A DNA stretch of 36,417 bases, taken from Vitrella brassicaformis CCMP3155 (taxonomy: Eukaryota; Protista; Chromerida). The notes under the pieces were generated by a model that had not been told where the DNA came from, did no database searches, and was given only the letters and a program-made list of their open reading frames with translations. Positions 34,521 to 36,417 of the stretch are shown here, in pieces (positions within the stretch are counted from its first letter, which is position 1; each line of letters opens with the position of its first letter). The stretch lies in the NCBI GenBank assembly GCA_001179505.1, contig CDMY01000652.1, positions 1-36,417 of the forward strand, in the 5' to 3' direction. The position numbers were made by a program, and so were the translations under genes.

Positions 34521-34545
34521 TCAGGGTACAGGGTTTTGAAACCCT
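34521..34545. promoter_or_regulatory. Telomere-like motifs, partly palindromic (AGGGTTT-TG-AAACCCT), in a divergent spacer
   Basis: TCAGGGTACAGGGTTTTGAAACCCT between ATGs at 34404 (-) and about 34740 (+). Confidence 0.35.
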
Positions 34546-34739
34546 TTGGCCCTCTTCTCTCTCTCCGATCTCTCGCACGGAATCTGTCGCTGTCGCCTCT
34601 CTCAGTCTGTCGCATACTGCTGCTGCTCTGACGGACACTCGCATCTCCCGAATCGAGCACATTTGGTATCTTGGTCCTCAGCTGGTGACTCATATCCGCC
34701 GCCTTTGCCCAAGTGCCCCTTGCAAACAGCAGCCCCATC

Positions 34740-35480
34740 ATGCCGACGTATCCCTCCATTGACCAGCCTTCTCTCGCCCCGGCCCATCCCATTGGCGAGC
34801 GGCCATCCTTCCTCACCTCGCCGCCGTCCTTCCCCACCTCAGCAGCCACCCCGACCGCATCGACGTGCCCCCTCCCACCGGGCATTCGGGGGATACCTAC
34901 ACCACATCCACACTGCCGTCCGCTGCACCGGCATACGACGTGCAGCCGGTTGTTGTCGGCCAGTCGCTGGCGACGACAAACACAGCTGGGAAGCCGGAGG
35001 GCGGTGATCAGCCGCAGTACGTCCAGCCACAGGCTGTTCCGGCACAGTATGGGGGTGGTGCACACGTCATTCACGTCCCACAGGCGGTGGTGGTAGATCG
35101 CCGATACGACGATGAGGCGTGTATGCTCGGCTGCGCACAGGTGACTGACTTATCTGGGCGAGCAGGCAAGCAGGCAGGCAGGCAGGCAGGCAGGCTGGCA
35201 GGGTGAAGCAGCCAGTCAGTCGCCCATACGTTGCCCTCACCCTGTGTGTGGCGTGGTGTGTTGATGTCAGGTGTCGTGCATTCTGTCGATATTCTTCCCC
35301 ATCGTCGGGTGCATTGCCTTCTGCTTCAACATGGACGCCGCGGATGGGTCGGAGAGGAAGAAGTGGGCCTGGCGCTGCCTCATCTCGGCCGGCGTCTCGT
35401 TCGTCCTGGTCTTCATCATCATTATCATCCACGTCGCCACCATGTCCGCTGTTGCCGCTCGACACAGTTCTGACTACTAA
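34740..35480 (+). CDS. Pro/Gln/Tyr-rich N-terminus + C-terminal two-helix membrane protein (paralog of 33535-34404); 5' structure uncertain
   Basis: An exon ending at 35140 (...VVVDRRYDDEACMLGCAQ) splices in phase 0 to 35271-35480 (VSCILSIFFPIVGCIAFCFNMDAADGSERKKWAWRCLISAGVSFVLVFIIIII). ATG 34740 is out of frame with the main exon and needs an intron (e.g. 34748-34842) or a frameshift. Confidence 0.7.
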
Positions 35481-36417
35481 CCGAGCGGGCTGTCGAGAGC
35501 GCAGTCATCTAATCTTTAGTTATTTTCCTAGGTCCGAATGCAATGCGATGTGTGCGTGAGGTCTCGATCTGTGTCGATCGGTTCTGTCCCTTTCATGACG
35601 CTGTGTGTCGGTTGTGGGTGTGAGTGGTGTATGTGTGTCTTTGAAGACGACTTGACTCGCCCTCTGCACTGCAGCCAACCGCGACGGGATATATCGGCGG
35701 TTCTGCCTGTCGAGCGATTGCCGTGGCTGGCCAGTGTAGGGGGTCTCATTATTAACTGCATTTGACGGTTGCGGCCCAACTTGGGCACCTCCGTCCAGTC
35801 CAGCCAGAATTGCATGGGGTGTGTTGTGTTTTCTCTAGTGACTTTTCGAGGAGGGAGTTGTGGTCGTTGGCGTGGGTGTGCGGTGCGGTGCGGTGCGGTG
35901 CGGGCTGCCTGACTGTCTTCCCTGCGCCCCTTCACTCCCTGCCGCCATGCCTGCCCTGCACTCATCTCTGTCTTGGTGTTGGTGTTGGTGCTGAGGCCGT
36001 GCCGTGCCGTATGTGTGTGCGACAGATCTCATCGGTCCATTTGCATTGGCTGGCGGACACACGAATGACGGGCGAATAGACATACACATCGTACATGTGC
36101 CTATCGGCCTGCTTCTGCCCTCTTACGTGTTGCGTGTTACGTGTTGGTGAGACTTGTTTGATTGAAGCGGCGATTTCATTCCATACAGCATCCCAACCAG
36201 CCATGGGCGTCCATGCATGGCCATGAGTCAACCGTCTCATGCACACAGCCACGCAGCCGCACACCCACCACATGGCCGTTAGTATCCATATTATCACTCG
36301 CTCCATCACACGGCGTTCTGGCAGCGTGTGCGCGAATACACCGACCGCATCACATCTTCTTGTCTCCTGTCTGTCTGTCTGTCTATCAGTTTGTATGTCC
36401 ATGCCATGTGCCACTCA

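Noticed and set aside
35528-36414. Minus-strand ORFs at the window end that may be 3' exons of a gene extending beyond the window
   Set aside because: They run through microsatellites, no consistent exon chain or domain could be built, and they cannot be supported from this window alone.
1-36417. CRISPR arrays, rRNA, transposase/RT/integrase genes
   Set aside because: No regularly spaced repeat-spacer units, no rRNA-like conserved blocks and no DDE/RT motifs were seen; the tandem repeats are simple microsatellites.

Overview
This is intron-dense, GC-rich eukaryotic nuclear DNA with CA/GT/GATG/GACA microsatellite-rich introns. It most resembles a chromerid alveolate such as Vitrella brassicaformis; that is inferred from intron style, plastid-type leaders and an Apple domain, not from a search. 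I reconstructed about 14 genes by hand from splice sites and phases. In order: a disrupted SAM-like gene; a signal peptide-PAN/Apple-TM-RING protein; an MFS transporter; a DUF1997 protein; a very large helical orphan; a kinesin; an AT-hook acidic protein; NUP93/Nic96; a J-domain+vWA protein; DUF1294; DUF218/YdcF; and two divergent paralogous 2-TM proteins. Ten genes form five tight head-to-head pairs, and three of the shared spacers carry telomere-like motif clusters. The leading candidate for a new system is the Apple-domain receptor-type RING E3 ligase. Other strong leads are a pair of diverged hairpin units, a near-identical copy of a gene's first exon with a templated inversion scar sitting just 3' of the MFS gene, a J-vWA fusion, and CA...GT complementary introns. 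I found no rRNA, tRNA, CRISPR array or recognisable transposase. Exon boundaries are hand-derived, and family assignments come from motif recall without database searches.
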